A stretch of DNA of 64,000 nucleotides from an uncultured Hormoscilla sp. (GCA_963921275.4 OZ001293.3:2304001-2368000); one strand, 5' to 3'. Shown: positions 46,644 through 57,529, numbered from the stretch's first letter. Translations and numbers: made by a program. Notes: a model not told the origin generated them from the letters alone.

Positions 46644-47091
46644 GGGTGTGGTCAAAAGTAGTTGTATTAGTAGAAAAATATTCACGAAAAACGGTGAACG
46701 GTTGCCAACAATGGCAAGACCACACCCGACCGAGAGGTTTAAAACCAAAACCGAGAGGTTTAAAAACAAAACCGAGAGGTTTAAAAACAAAACCGAGAGG
46801 TTTAAAACCAAAACCGAGAGGTTTAAAACCAAAACCGAGAGGTTTAAAACCAAAACCGAGAGGTTTAAAACCAAAACCGAGAGGTTTAAAACCAAAACCG
46901 TGGGGCACAGGTTAAATTGGGTGCGGTCACAAGTAGTTGATATCCAGGTGCATCGCCCGATGCATGTAATAGAGCCCGCGCGGCGTTAGCTGATTTTTCC
47001 GGAACGGTAGGGCGGGCAATGTTGCGGAGTAGCCGGACCATGCACGGGTTCGGGCAGCGAGGCCTCCTACCAACGGGTTTTGACCATATCC
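46644..47091. mobile_element. Composite miniature transposon (MITE - 21-bp array - MITE) with 9-bp TSD
   Basis: Ends GGGTGTGGTCAAAA and TTTTGACCATATCC; GGTGGGCAC duplicated at 46635-46643 and 47092-47100. Confidence 0.8.
46730..46900. repeat. 21-bp tandem array (CCGAGAGGTTTAAAACCAAAA)x8
   Basis: Eight units, two with a C>A change. Confidence 0.95.
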
Positions 47092-47993
47092 GGTGGGCAC
47101 CGCCCATCAGCAGCAGGCTGTTACTATACTAGGTTCCTGGCCTACCGGTCTGGGTTGGAGGACTACCGGTGAAATACCCGGCGCAAAAGTGAGATATCCC
47201 CACCCGATCGCCCCTAGATATCGCACTTATACTCCGAACGGTATCGCGCCCCGATCGCGAAAAGACCCCCTACCGGGTTTGGAGCGAGGATTTTCGCATA
47301 CCCACCGAGATAGTCAAAGAAACCCGGTTTCAAGGCAAGGGCTCGGAATTTCCTATGGGTTATCGCCGCGCTGTGGTTCATTAAGCAGTTTTATGAGGTC
47401 TAGAGTGAAGCACCGGAATTTCTGAAACAGCAAGTTGGCAGTTTTTCTCGCCATACTACACTAGAGTGGACGGGTTATTATGAGTAAAATATCACCTTCA
47501 GGCGATCGCACTTATCGGAAGTTCCTACAAGATATGAAAACCCAGGTCGTTAAAATGCCAAATCTCCAACAGTTGGAGAAATTACTTGGGGCCACAATAT
47601 TCTGAGACAAACCCAGATCGGGGTAGCAACTTATCAGCAGGACCCGCAGGTGCAGTCAGAATATCAAAGATTATTGCCAACGGATTCTGATTGGCAGCGA
47701 TTTAAGAAGTCAGCGTTGCCGTCCGATTTTTCCGGAACGGTGGAGGATAATTGATAAATTATGACACCACTAGAGTTAAGAGAAAAAGGCTATAATAATT
47801 TAGTTAGCAATTTAGGACAGGTGGATGCAATTCGCTTTTTACAACAGATGGGATGGGGGCATGGTGACTATACCTAAGAAAGAGGCGAGATTTTGGATTA
47901 TGTAACGCGGGAGTAATTTTGGCAAGATTTGCAGAGGATTAGAGATAGAAAATAATTGTTAAAAGACGTGAAATGTTTTTCTAGCAGTCGGGT

Positions 47994-49271
47994 ATGATAA
48001 TGAGTAAGCATAAATTAGAGATCGACAATAGTCAAGTGCCAGAAGGTTATAAAAAAACTGAGGTTGGGGTGATTCCTGAAGAGTGGAAAACAATGGTATT
48101 TTCAGAAATTGCTTCGTGCCGAAAAGAGCGTATAGACCCCAGAAAATCAGGGACTCAAGAGTTTTGTATTGAGCTAGAACATATTGAATCAGGGACGGGA
48201 AGATTGCTAGGGAATACGCAAACGGGATATCAGTCGTCTCTGAAAGCTGTTTTTCAACCCGGTGATGTTTTATTTGGTAAGTTGAGATCTTATTTACGGA
48301 AGTATTGGCTTGCAGATCGTGAAGGAGTTTGTTCAACTGAGATCTGGGTATTAGTTGCAAATTCATCACGAGCGCTATCTGAATTTTTATATCAAATTGT
48401 CACAACTGAACAGTTTATCGATATTGCTAGCATTGCCTACGGTACACATATGCCGCGCTCTGATTGGAACTTAGTCAAAAACTATAATGTTGCAGTTCCA
48501 CCAGTAAAAGAACAATGCGCGATCGCCCAAACCCTATCGAACGTGGATGGCCTGATAGCAGCACTGGATCAGGCGATCGCCAAAAAGCGCAACATCAAAA
48601 CCGCCACCATGCAGGAACTCCTCACGGGCAAGAAACGCCTGCCGGGGTTTGGTGATGAGTGGCATGAGGTATTACTAGGAGAGTTAGGAGTTTTTTCTAA
48701 AGTATCTGGAATTAAAAAAGATGATGTATTGGATTACGGATTTGCTTGTATTAGATATGGGGAAATATACACAAAACATTATGATTTTATAAAAGATTTT
48801 TATTCATTCATATCAGAAGAAATAGCGAACAATAGTCAAGTTATAAAATCAGGCGATCTGCTTTTTGCTGGTTCTGGTGAAACCGCAGAAGAAATAGGAA
48901 AATGTGTGGCGTTCTTGAAGGAAAAAATAGCTTATGCAGGAGGCGATATAATTATATTTTCACCCAAAGAACAAGACTCAATGTTTTTGGGGTATCTTAT
49001 GAACTATGAGTCAATCGTCAGGCAGAAAGCAAGAATGGGGCAAGGAGATGCTGTTGTTCATATTCAGGCTAAGAATTTAGCGCAATTGCAATTTAATTTG
49101 CCGTCATTAGAAGAACAACGCGCGATCGCCTCTATCCTGTCGGACATGGATGCGGAAATAGCCGCCTTAGAAAAGCGCCGCGCCAAAACCAAAGCCATGA
49201 AGCAAGGCATGATGCAGAAACTATTAACCGGAAAAACTCGACTCATCGATCCAAACAATCCTTGTAATTAA
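47994..49271 (+). CDS. hsdS: Type I R-M specificity subunit, allele 2
   Basis: TRD1 identical to allele 1; different TRD2. Confidence 0.95.
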   Translation: MIMSKHKLEIDNSQVPEGYKKTEVGVIPEEWKTMVFSEIASCRKERIDPRKSGTQEFCIELEHIESGTGRLLGNTQTGYQSSLKAVFQPGDVLFGKLRSYLRKYWLADREGVCSTEIWVLVANSSRALSEFLYQIVTTEQFIDIASIAYGTHMPRSDWNLVKNYNVAVPPVKEQCAIAQTLSNVDGLIAALDQAIAKKRNIKTATMQELLTGKKRLPGFGDEWHEVLLGELGVFSKVSGIKKDDVLDYGFACIRYGEIYTKHYDFIKDFYSFISEEIANNSQVIKSGDLLFAGSGETAEEIGKCVAFLKEKIAYAGGDIIIFSPKEQDSMFLGYLMNYESIVRQKARMGQGDAVVHIQAKNLAQLQFNLPSLEEQRAIASILSDMDAEIAALEKRRAKTKAMKQGMMQKLLTGKTRLIDPNNPCN

Positions 49272-49388
49272 GCCCGCGCAGGCGGGCTTTGTAAGTCTAG
49301 CCCCACCCTTTAGGGTGAGGGCGACGGGTAGCTAAACTTGTATTGAAATGCACCCAATAATCATCTAAAACAACCAGGATAAAATACC

Positions 49389-52300
49389 ATGAGCAACGTC
49401 GGACAAAGTGAATTCACTACTCAAAAACGAGTTATCCAACTCTTTGAACAGCAACTCGGTTACTCAGATCTGGGATCCTGGCACAACCGCCAGCACAACC
49501 GCAACATTGAAACAGAATTCCTGAGCCAATGGTTGAGCAAGCGAGGCGTTAGCGATACCCTGATTAACAAAACCCTGCGGGAACTCGATCTAGCCGCCGC
49601 CCTGGGAGACAAAAACCTTTGCGATGCTAACAAAGCAGTCTATTGTCTCCTCCGCTACGGTGTCAAGGTCAAAGAAGGGGCCCGACAACACCAAACTGTC
49701 TGGCTCATCGACTGGAAACATCCCGAAAATAATCACTTCGCGATCGCCAAAGAAGTCACCATTAAAGGCAAACAGGACAAACGCCCGGATCTCGTTATTT
49801 ATGTCAACGGCATCGCCCTGGGCATCCTCGAACTCAAACGGGCTAGCGTTTTCATCAGCGAAGGCATCCGCCAAAACCTGGACAACCAGAAAGCCGAATT
49901 TATCCGCCCCTTCTTCACCACCATGCAACTGGTAATGGCCGGGAACGATAGCCAAGGACTCCGCTACGGCACCATCGAAACCTCAGAAAAATATTACCTG
50001 GAATGGAAGGAACCTGGCAAGAACCCCAAGGACTTCCTCCTGGACTGGCATCTCCGACTTCTGTGCAACAAAACCAGATTTTTAGAACTTCTCCACGACT
50101 TCATCATCTTTGACAAGGAGGAAAAAAAGATCTGTCGCCATAACCAATACTTCGGCATCAAGGATGCCCAGGAATGCATCCGCCGCCGCCAGGGTGGCAT
50201 CATCTGGCACACCCAAGGTTCCGGTAAAAGCCTGACTATGGTTTGGCTGGCAAAATGGATCCGGGAAAATGCTACCGATGCCCGAGTTCTCATTGTCACC
50301 GATCGCACGGAACTGGACGATCAGATCGAAAGCATATTCAAAGGCGTAGATGAAGATATCTACCGCACCCAAAGCAGTGCCGATCTGATTGCAACCCTCG
50401 ATCGCACGACCCCCTGGCTGATTTGTTCCCTAATTCAGAAATTCGGCAGCCGGGAAAACGAAGCTAGCGATGAATTTATCCGAGACTTGCAAAGCCAACT
50501 CCCCAGCAATTTTACTCCCAAAGGCAACCTGTTCGTCTTCGTAGATGAATGTCACCGCACTCAGTCAGGAAAACTCCACGCAGCCATGAAGCAGATCCTT
50601 CCCAATGCTTTGTTTATCGGCTTTACGGGCACCCCGCTGCTGAAAAAAGACAAGCAGAAAAGCATCGAAATCTTCGGTGACTACATCCACAGCTACAAAT
50701 TTCATGAAGCCGTCGCCGATGGCGTCATTCTCAATCTGCACTACGAAGCCCGGGATATCGATCAAAATATTACCTCCCAAGAGAAAATAGACCAGTGGTT
50801 TGAAGCCAAAACCCGGGGACTCACCGACTCCGCCAAAAGTCAACTGAAACGGAAATGGGCAACCATGCAAAAAGTACTCTCCAGCAAGTCCCGCCTGGAA
50901 CAAATTGTTAGAGACATTCTCTTAGACATGGAAACCAAACCCCGCCTCGCGGACGGACGCGGCAATGCCATGTTAGTCTGTTCCAGTATATATCAAGCCT
51001 GCAAAGCTTGGAAACTTTTTAGCCAAATCCACCTGGCAGGTAAATGCGCCATTATCACTAGCTACAAACCCTCCCCCACGGATATTAAAGGAGAAGAAAC
51101 AGGTGCGGGTTCCACGGAGAAGCAGCATCAATACGACATTTACCGCCAAATGCTGGCTGACTACTTTCAGGAACCAGCAGATCAAGCCATGTATCGGGTG
51201 GAGGAGTTTGAAAGTAAAGTCAAGGAATGCTTTATCAACAACCCCGAACAGATGCGCCTGTTGATCGTAGTGGATAAATTATTGACAGGTTTCGATGCGC
51301 CCCCCGCTACCTACCTTTACATCGACAAGAAAATGCGCGATCATGGTTTATTCCAAGCTATCTGCCGCGTCAACCGCCTGGATGGCGAGGATAAGGAATA
51401 CGGTTATATTGTTGATTATAAAGACCTGTTCCAACAACTGCAAGAGGCGATGACTGACTACACTAGCGGTGCCTTCGATGGTTACGATGCTAGGGATATT
51501 GCCGGACTTTTGAGCGATCGCCTCACCAAAGGGCGCGATCGCCTCTCAGAGACCCTCGAAACTGTGAGGGCCCTGTGCGAACCCGTTCCCCGTCCCTCGG
51601 ATCTCCAAGACTACCTACATTATTTCTGTGGTCCAGACACTAGCGATAAAAATGCCCTTGCCAACAACGAACCCAAACGGGTTGTCCTCTACAAGTGCGT
51701 CAACCGATTAATTCGCGCCTATGCCAACATCGCCAATGAAATGCCCGAAGCAGGTTACAGTAAAGTCAAAGCCGCAAAAATAAAAGCCGAGGTCAAGCAT
51801 TACAGTGAAATGTGCCAAGCAATCAAAATTGCTAGCGGCGACTACCTGGACATGAAACTATACGAACCCGCCATGCGTGACCTCCTGAATAGCTATATCC
51901 AGGCAGAAAATCCTGTTAGCGTCTCGGACTTTGAAGAACTGAATTTAATTCAATTAATCCTCCAAAATGGGGCGATAGCCTTAGAACAGCTACCCGATAA
52001 GTTAAAGCAAGACTGGGAAACCGTGGCCTATACAATTGAGAACAATCTCCGTAAAATTATCACCTCCGAGAGTCCTGTCAACCCCAAATATTACGATCAA
52101 ATGTCAGAACTGCTGGATGCCTTAATCGCACAGCGCCGGCAACAGGCGATCGACTATCACGAGTATCTGGAGAAAGTCAAGCAACTGGCCCAACAGATCC
52201 TGCAACCTGAAGATTCCTCCGCCTATCCCGAATCACTGGATACCCCTGCCAAGCGATCGCTCTATGATAACTTAGGAAAAGATGAAGATTTGGCACTTGC

Positions 52301-52460
52301 GATCGATAATGCTGTACGCTATACTAAAAAAGAAAGTTGGATCGGCAATCGTTTCAAAGAACGGGAAGTGGAAATAGAAATCAAGAAGGTAATGGGCGAT
52401 CGCTCACTTAATGTCAAAGATATCCTAGACATAGTCAAAAACCAAGATGAATATAAATAA
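49389..52460 (+). CDS. hsdR: Type I R-M restriction subunit
   Basis: RPD..ILELK nuclease, HTQGSGKS, DECHR, FTGTP, LLTGFDAP, QAICRVNR. Confidence 0.96.
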   Translation: MSNVGQSEFTTQKRVIQLFEQQLGYSDLGSWHNRQHNRNIETEFLSQWLSKRGVSDTLINKTLRELDLAAALGDKNLCDANKAVYCLLRYGVKVKEGARQHQTVWLIDWKHPENNHFAIAKEVTIKGKQDKRPDLVIYVNGIALGILELKRASVFISEGIRQNLDNQKAEFIRPFFTTMQLVMAGNDSQGLRYGTIETSEKYYLEWKEPGKNPKDFLLDWHLRLLCNKTRFLELLHDFIIFDKEEKKICRHNQYFGIKDAQECIRRRQGGIIWHTQGSGKSLTMVWLAKWIRENATDARVLIVTDRTELDDQIESIFKGVDEDIYRTQSSADLIATLDRTTPWLICSLIQKFGSRENEASDEFIRDLQSQLPSNFTPKGNLFVFVDECHRTQSGKLHAAMKQILPNALFIGFTGTPLLKKDKQKSIEIFGDYIHSYKFHEAVADGVILNLHYEARDIDQNITSQEKIDQWFEAKTRGLTDSAKSQLKRKWATMQKVLSSKSRLEQIVRDILLDMETKPRLADGRGNAMLVCSSIYQACKAWKLFSQIHLAGKCAIITSYKPSPTDIKGEETGAGSTEKQHQYDIYRQMLADYFQEPADQAMYRVEEFESKVKECFINNPEQMRLLIVVDKLLTGFDAPPATYLYIDKKMRDHGLFQAICRVNRLDGEDKEYGYIVDYKDLFQQLQEAMTDYTSGAFDGYDARDIAGLLSDRLTKGRDRLSETLETVRALCEPVPRPSDLQDYLHYFCGPDTSDKNALANNEPKRVVLYKCVNRLIRAYANIANEMPEAGYSKVKAAKIKAEVKHYSEMCQAIKIASGDYLDMKLYEPAMRDLLNSYIQAENPVSVSDFEELNLIQLILQNGAIALEQLPDKLKQDWETVAYTIENNLRKIITSESPVNPKYYDQMSELLDALIAQRRQQAIDYHEYLEKVKQLAQQILQPEDSSAYPESLDTPAKRSLYDNLGKDEDLALAIDNAVRYTKKESWIGNRFKEREVEIEIKKVMGDRSLNVKDILDIVKNQDEYK

Positions 52461-53166
52461 ATTCACAACGGAAACCCAGATATTAGTAAGTGGCATCTCC
52501 ATACAATTACTGCGCAAATCAATCAAAAACTTACGCATTGTAGTATATCCCCCCGACGGTCGCGTTCGCGTTTCCGCCCCTTGGCACTTAACCGATGAAG
52601 ACATCCGTATGGCGATCGTTTCCCGGCTTTCTTGGATTAAACAGAAACGATCAAAATTTCAAGCGCAACCCCGCCAACCCAAGCAAGAAATGCTAACGGG
52701 TGAAAGCCATTATGTTTTCGGTTATAAGTATAAATTAGAAGTTATCGAACGTCGCGGTCGTCACGAAATACTGCTCTCAGATCGCGATCGCTTACAGCTT
52801 TTCGTAAAGCCCGGCACAGACACAGAAAAACGTTCAAAAGTTTTAAATGAATGGTATCGGGAGCAACTCAAAGGGAAAATTACAGATTTACTCAACCAAT
52901 GGCAACCAATTATTGGCAAGCAAGTTAATGATTGGGGTATCAAGAAGATGAAAACTAAATGGGGAAGCTGCAATATAACCCAGGGTCGCATCTGGTTAAA
53001 CTTGGAACTTGCTAAGAAACCCATCGAATGCCTTGAGTATGTCTTAGTACATGAGTTAGTACATCTTTGGGAGAGATATCATAACGAAAAGTTCAAAGCA
53101 TACATGGATAAATATTTACCACAGTGGCAGCAATATAGAGATATTTTGGATCGCGAATTATTGTAA
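52447..53166 (+). CDS. YgjP/DUF45 (M48-like) metallohydrolase
   Basis: MKTKWGSC, YVLVHELVH; overlaps the hsdR stop. Confidence 0.92.
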   Translation: MNINKFTTETQILVSGISIQLLRKSIKNLRIVVYPPDGRVRVSAPWHLTDEDIRMAIVSRLSWIKQKRSKFQAQPRQPKQEMLTGESHYVFGYKYKLEVIERRGRHEILLSDRDRLQLFVKPGTDTEKRSKVLNEWYREQLKGKITDLLNQWQPIIGKQVNDWGIKKMKTKWGSCNITQGRIWLNLELAKKPIECLEYVLVHELVHLWERYHNEKFKAYMDKYLPQWQQYRDILDRELL

Positions 53167-53524
53167 TGTAGGGTGGGCACCGCCCACCAGGCTCCCTCGT
53201 TAACAGCCTGAGACTGGGAACGAGGGTAAGAAAACAATGCTAAAATTAATTTATAGCGTTTCTCAGATAGATGCGATCCCTCGTTCCCAGGGAGACCCTG
53301 GGAACGAACAGTCTGAGGCTCTGCTAAGAGTGATTCCTTATACTCACGTGAGTAAGGTAAGTAGTCCAGGCCAGGAGGCAGAGCCTCCATAAATCCTTCC
53401 CAGCCTGAGACTGGGAAGGAGGAGAAACTAGAGGCAGAGCCTCCATAAATCCTTCCCAGCCTGAGACTGGGAAGGAGGGTAAAATGCTACAATTAATGAC
53501 AGCGAAGTGAGGAATTAAAAACGA

Positions 53525-54184
53525 ATGTTAAAGTTGTATCACCACCCGATTTCTGGCAATTATCGTCGCGTGTGGATCGCCCTGCTGGAAAAGCAAATTC
53601 TTTTTGAGCTGGTAAGCTTAAGCTTGGATGGCGACCAGTTCCAACCAGAGTTTCTCGCCCTCAATCCTTTTCACCACATTCCAGTCTTGGAAGATGAAGA
53701 CTTTAGCGTGGTAGAGTCCTTGGCAATTCTGGACTATTTGGAAGCTAAGTATCCAACGCTGTTACCTACTGATGCCAAGACCTTAGCAACGGTGCGCATG
53801 GTGGAAATGGTCACGGTTAATGAACTGCAACCGGCAATGAATCCTTTAGTTCGTAAGATGATGGGGGCAGATGTTGAAGATGCGGAAAAAATGGAGCGAT
53901 CGCGCAAACAGATAGCCACTGTCCTAAGTTTCTTGGAAAGCAAGCTGAACAATTCCCCTTATTTTGCTGGCGAACAGTTAACTATAGCAGAGGTGGTAGC
54001 CGGTACTCTAGTCTGTTGGTTACCCAATATGGGGGTATCTCTGGAGGACTATCCCAAACTGAAAAACTGGCTATCCGGGTTGATGCAGCGCCCTAGTTGG
54101 CAACAAACTCAACCCACTCCAGAATATATTGAAGCATTCAAGCCGCAAGCACGAAAGCTCATGGAAAAGCAGTCCCAGGGCTGA
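53525..54184 (+). CDS. Glutathione S-transferase family protein
   Basis: LNPFHHIPVL, ESLAILDYL, YFAGEQLTIAE. Confidence 0.92.
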   Translation: MLKLYHHPISGNYRRVWIALLEKQILFELVSLSLDGDQFQPEFLALNPFHHIPVLEDEDFSVVESLAILDYLEAKYPTLLPTDAKTLATVRMVEMVTVNELQPAMNPLVRKMMGADVEDAEKMERSRKQIATVLSFLESKLNNSPYFAGEQLTIAEVVAGTLVCWLPNMGVSLEDYPKLKNWLSGLMQRPSWQQTQPTPEYIEAFKPQARKLMEKQSQG

Positions 54185-54489
54185 AGTAGAGGCAGCTTTG
54201 AATTAAGAAACTGAATTAAGAAACCAGGTTTTTTGTCAAAACCTGGTTTCTGTGCATCTCAATGCAAGATATTCGTAGGTTTGGTTGTCGAAAGTTATTC
54301 AAGGAGTGCAACGCAAACAACATCTATTGGTTGGGTTGAGGCACGAAACCCAACCTACAGCATTACTATTTTATATTCGCAAATACAAAAGTGAGATGCT
54401 CCCCTTTCTCGACAAGGTTTGTAGTCGGTTTTAACCGACTTTAGCTATTAGCCGGGGGTTTGAACCCCCGGCGGGCCATGAGACTCAGC

Positions 54490-54867
54490 TTAGTCCTTCA
54501 TCGCCGAAACATAAGCAAGAGATTCCTGCCAGAGATTGAACAGTAAAAACTCCGCTCGATCGCCCATTTCGACGACAAAGACACCTTCTTCGCCCTCGGC
54601 CTCGGAGGCGATCCAAGTTCCTTTCAGGCTAACTTCAATGTAGTCAGCATCGCACACGGAAAGGGCGATCTCCTCGGCACGCTCGACTTGCAACTTAGAC
54701 AGGTAGGGCAAATCAGCTGGCAGCAAGAAGGAAGCGGTGCTGAGTTCGATATTAAAGGTTAAACCCACTTGCCGCGCCAGAATTACTCGTGTCTCGACCC
54801 AATCTTCCAGAGGTTGAGCCAGACGCTCCATCTTAAAATCGTTTTCAATATAAGTCAGTTTCAACAT
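54490..54867 (-). CDS. alr0857-family hypothetical protein
   Basis: MLKLTYIEN..MERLAQPLEDWV..RVILA, STASFLLP, EVSLKGTW; family recognised from memory. Confidence 0.7.
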   Translation of the reverse strand: MLKLTYIENDFKMERLAQPLEDWVETRVILARQVGLTFNIELSTASFLLPADLPYLSKLQVERAEEIALSVCDADYIEVSLKGTWIASEAEGEEGVFVVEMGDRAEFLLFNLWQESLAYVSAMKD

Positions 54868-54880
54868 TGCCGGTAGCCTC

Positions 54881-55459
54881 CTACTCCAGGTTTTTGGTCT
54901 GTTCGCGCCAGAACTGTTCTGCAAAAGCAACAGCTGGATGAAGAGGCGCTTTTGGTTGAGTGCTACGATATCCCTGGGGAGCGCTATTCGCACTACCCCA
55001 GGGATATCGTAGTGGCATTTTTGCCTCTGCTGGAGTGCGATCGCCCTTCCGAGAATTGCACCCTTGGCAAGCAGTTACTACATTATCCCAACTGTGTTTT
55101 CCACCTCGCGATCTGGGCAGGATGTGGTCGAGGGTCAACTGTTTGGTGCTGCCGCAGTACTGGCAGCTTTGCTTGTCACGCCGCAATACTTATCGCCGGC
55201 TCACTGGCGGCACTTTCCAGAGCCGTTCCGAACTGGCGAAGGTCAAACGGATATGTTCTGGTACTAGGAGTACCAAGCTGGGCGAACGTACATGCCATCC
55301 GGCGTTACTGGCGATATCCAGGGGTTCCGCTTTTCCGGTCACCAAGAGGGCGATCGCCCGCTTGATATTCACCCGACTCACCGGCAGATAATTCTGGGAA
55401 AACACCACTACCGATCGGCTCAAAACATTGGTTGCGCTAGTCACGGCTTGACTCCTCAT
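54881..55459 (-). pseudogene. HNH endonuclease with a nonsense codon and an in-frame palindromic insertion
   Basis: VVVFSQNYLP..., [39 protein letters not shown]. Confidence 0.88.
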
Positions 55460-55842
55460 AAAACAGCCCCCGCTTCAGTTGGTAGGAAGCGGGGGCGTGG
55501 AAAACTTTTAGGGTTCTGTGGTTCTATTACGGTACAGTTTTCAGCCCGTACCTCCCGCTTCCTGTATATCTCCGCGAATCTGCCGATGGCAGATTTTTGC
55601 CAATTTGGCCAAAATTTCCTGTTTCTGTGACCTGTTCTAGCCATAGATAACCGCCCTTACATAAATACTCCCAGCCCATAGCCACCGATTGCCCACCGCA
55701 GGGGCGACCGGCATCAGAGGGGGTATTGGATAAGGTGGATATATGGCTCACAGGAATAATTTTTGAAAGCGACTACTTGAACTAGACTTTTCTATACTAC
55801 ACTAAGATTACAGATTAGTCCACTTATTTGGGAAAAAAAATC

Positions 55843-56178
55843 ATGCCTACATTACCACGCACTTCAACCACCGAAATGGAAGTCACCAGCATCCGCTTGG
55901 AAAGGGAACTGAAGAATCAACTGAAGCGACTGGCTGGAGGTCAGGGCTATCAAGCGATGGTGCGCAATATCCTCTGGAACTACGTCCAGCAGAAATCCTG
56001 TCAATACAGGTCTCCGTTGCAGCTTCATGATATCCGCAGCAGTGTTGATGCGATCGCCCGCAAGGAGGAGCGCTGCGCGATCACCGGTGATGTCATTCGA
56101 CCGAATGAGCCGATGTTATTAGGCCTCACGGCTCATGGAGACTTGGTGCCCCTCAGTATGGAGTGTTTTGCCAGATAG
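55843..56178 (+). CDS. trcR: Ribbon-helix-helix repressor, TrcR-like
   Basis: MEVTSIRLERELK..LK.LAG.QGYQ...R.ILWNYVQQKS resembles, as recalled, the Anabaena trn-operon repressor; divergent from the HNH gene. Confidence 0.72.
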   Translation: MPTLPRTSTTEMEVTSIRLERELKNQLKRLAGGQGYQAMVRNILWNYVQQKSCQYRSPLQLHDIRSSVDAIARKEERCAITGDVIRPNEPMLLGLTAHGDLVPLSMECFAR

Positions 56179-56400
56179 TCCCCTCATTGGCATTATACAG
56201 CAGGTAAGATTGTCGGGGCGATCCGTTGGCCCGATCGCGATCGCCCCTATAAACTTTTGTCTTAATTTTGCTGCTCTCCCACCGGCAGCAGCCAGTTCCG
56301 CTGGATATATACACCCATCTCCATCAACCAGGTTTTTTGCTCGTACCGGGTTTTTTCTCGATCTCTGATACTTTAAATACTGCAACTGTAGGTTGGGTTT

Positions 56401-57271
56401 GTGCGATTCGTTCTAGCCTAACGTGGTCAAACACGGAACGCTAGCCCGGTTTCATTAGCCGGGAACTCTGACCGCATGGGGGTTAAATTCCCCTCCCCCC
56501 AGGTACGGGGGTGACACCGGTCCTCGGTGCTACGAAGCGACATCATCGTGGTGCTAAGCGAGGACTCAAATGTAGGATAACTGGCAGCCTAAGCCGGTGA
56601 CGCCGCTAGGAAAGATATCCAAGGTTAGAGCAGGCAAACATGTGCAAGCCTCGTTATAAGGAACCAGCGAAATAAGGCTATATGCGCTGGCCTAAAAAGG
56701 AAATGGTAGCTAGTATTAGTTTTAGACTCTGGCTAATATAGTACTCAAATAGCTCCCGGGGTATAGTGTGGACCTAAAGGTATCGCGAAATGTTGTTAGG
56801 GAACGAAGTAACCTCTCGTGTGCTGTCCATCAGGACAAGTTAGATGTTAAGCGCAAGCCACGGGGGGAGGGATGGCCCAAGAAGCGAATGCCCGGGGTAA
56901 TTCCTGGGATAACATCTACAGTAATGTAGATGATGCTGGGTAGCCAGCGCTGACGTGGGTCGGTGATACTAGGAAGCTGCTGGAATGAGTAATCCTAAAA
57001 AGCCACGGAACTAATCCGAAACGCAAGTGGAGGATAAGGTATGGATAACTGGTAAAACTGACTTGAAAATGGTGATACTAACGGTTATCAGAACAACCAC
57101 TCGCTAAACCAGGAAAGGGAAGAAAAGACAGGCGGCAAGGGCTAACGGAAGTAATTCCTATTAAGTCTACCTATGAAAAGGGCCTAGTACCCAGTAGCCG
57201 GATGCGGTGAAAATCGCAAGTCCGGTTCCTCAAGGGAGGGTCGGGAAGCGATTCCCGGCTCGACCCCATCC
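56401..57271 (+). mobile_element. ORF-less group II intron type 2
   Basis: GTGCG start; DI homologous to type 1; DV GCCGGATGCGGTGAAAATCGCAAGTCCGGTTC; 3' end at 57269-57271. Confidence 0.9.
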
Positions 57272-57529
57272 CGTGCCTCAACCCAACATTAGCGCGGTTG
57301 CAATACTTCTCGGTTAATAATCTGTCATTGCGAGGGGGAAACAAAAACCGACATTTTCGGGCTCATCGCTTGGATCCCCCCGAAGCAATCTCATGCCTCG
57401 TCGGGGAGATTGCTTCGGGGGGGTCAACTCAATTGAGCATAAGTTAATCGCGGAGTACCCCCCCTCGCAATGACAAATAAAATCATTAACCGAGAGGTAT
57501 TGAGCGCGGTTGGGTTTCATCAGTCCGTC

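Noticed and set aside
46608..46989. Overlapping heptad-repeat ORFs (also 13053-13401, 36635-36970, 62729-63099)
   Set aside because: Open frames follow from the 21-bp period; no RBS or homology support, so not called as CDS.
42633..49271. Invertible hsdS shufflon
   Set aside because: Both hsdS are in the same orientation, with no inverted repeats or site-specific recombinase.
53375..53480. Direct repeats between ygjP-like and GST genes
   Set aside because: Two copies of a common dispersed GAGGCAGAGCCTC/GAGACTGGGAA repeat; no sign of a distinct system.
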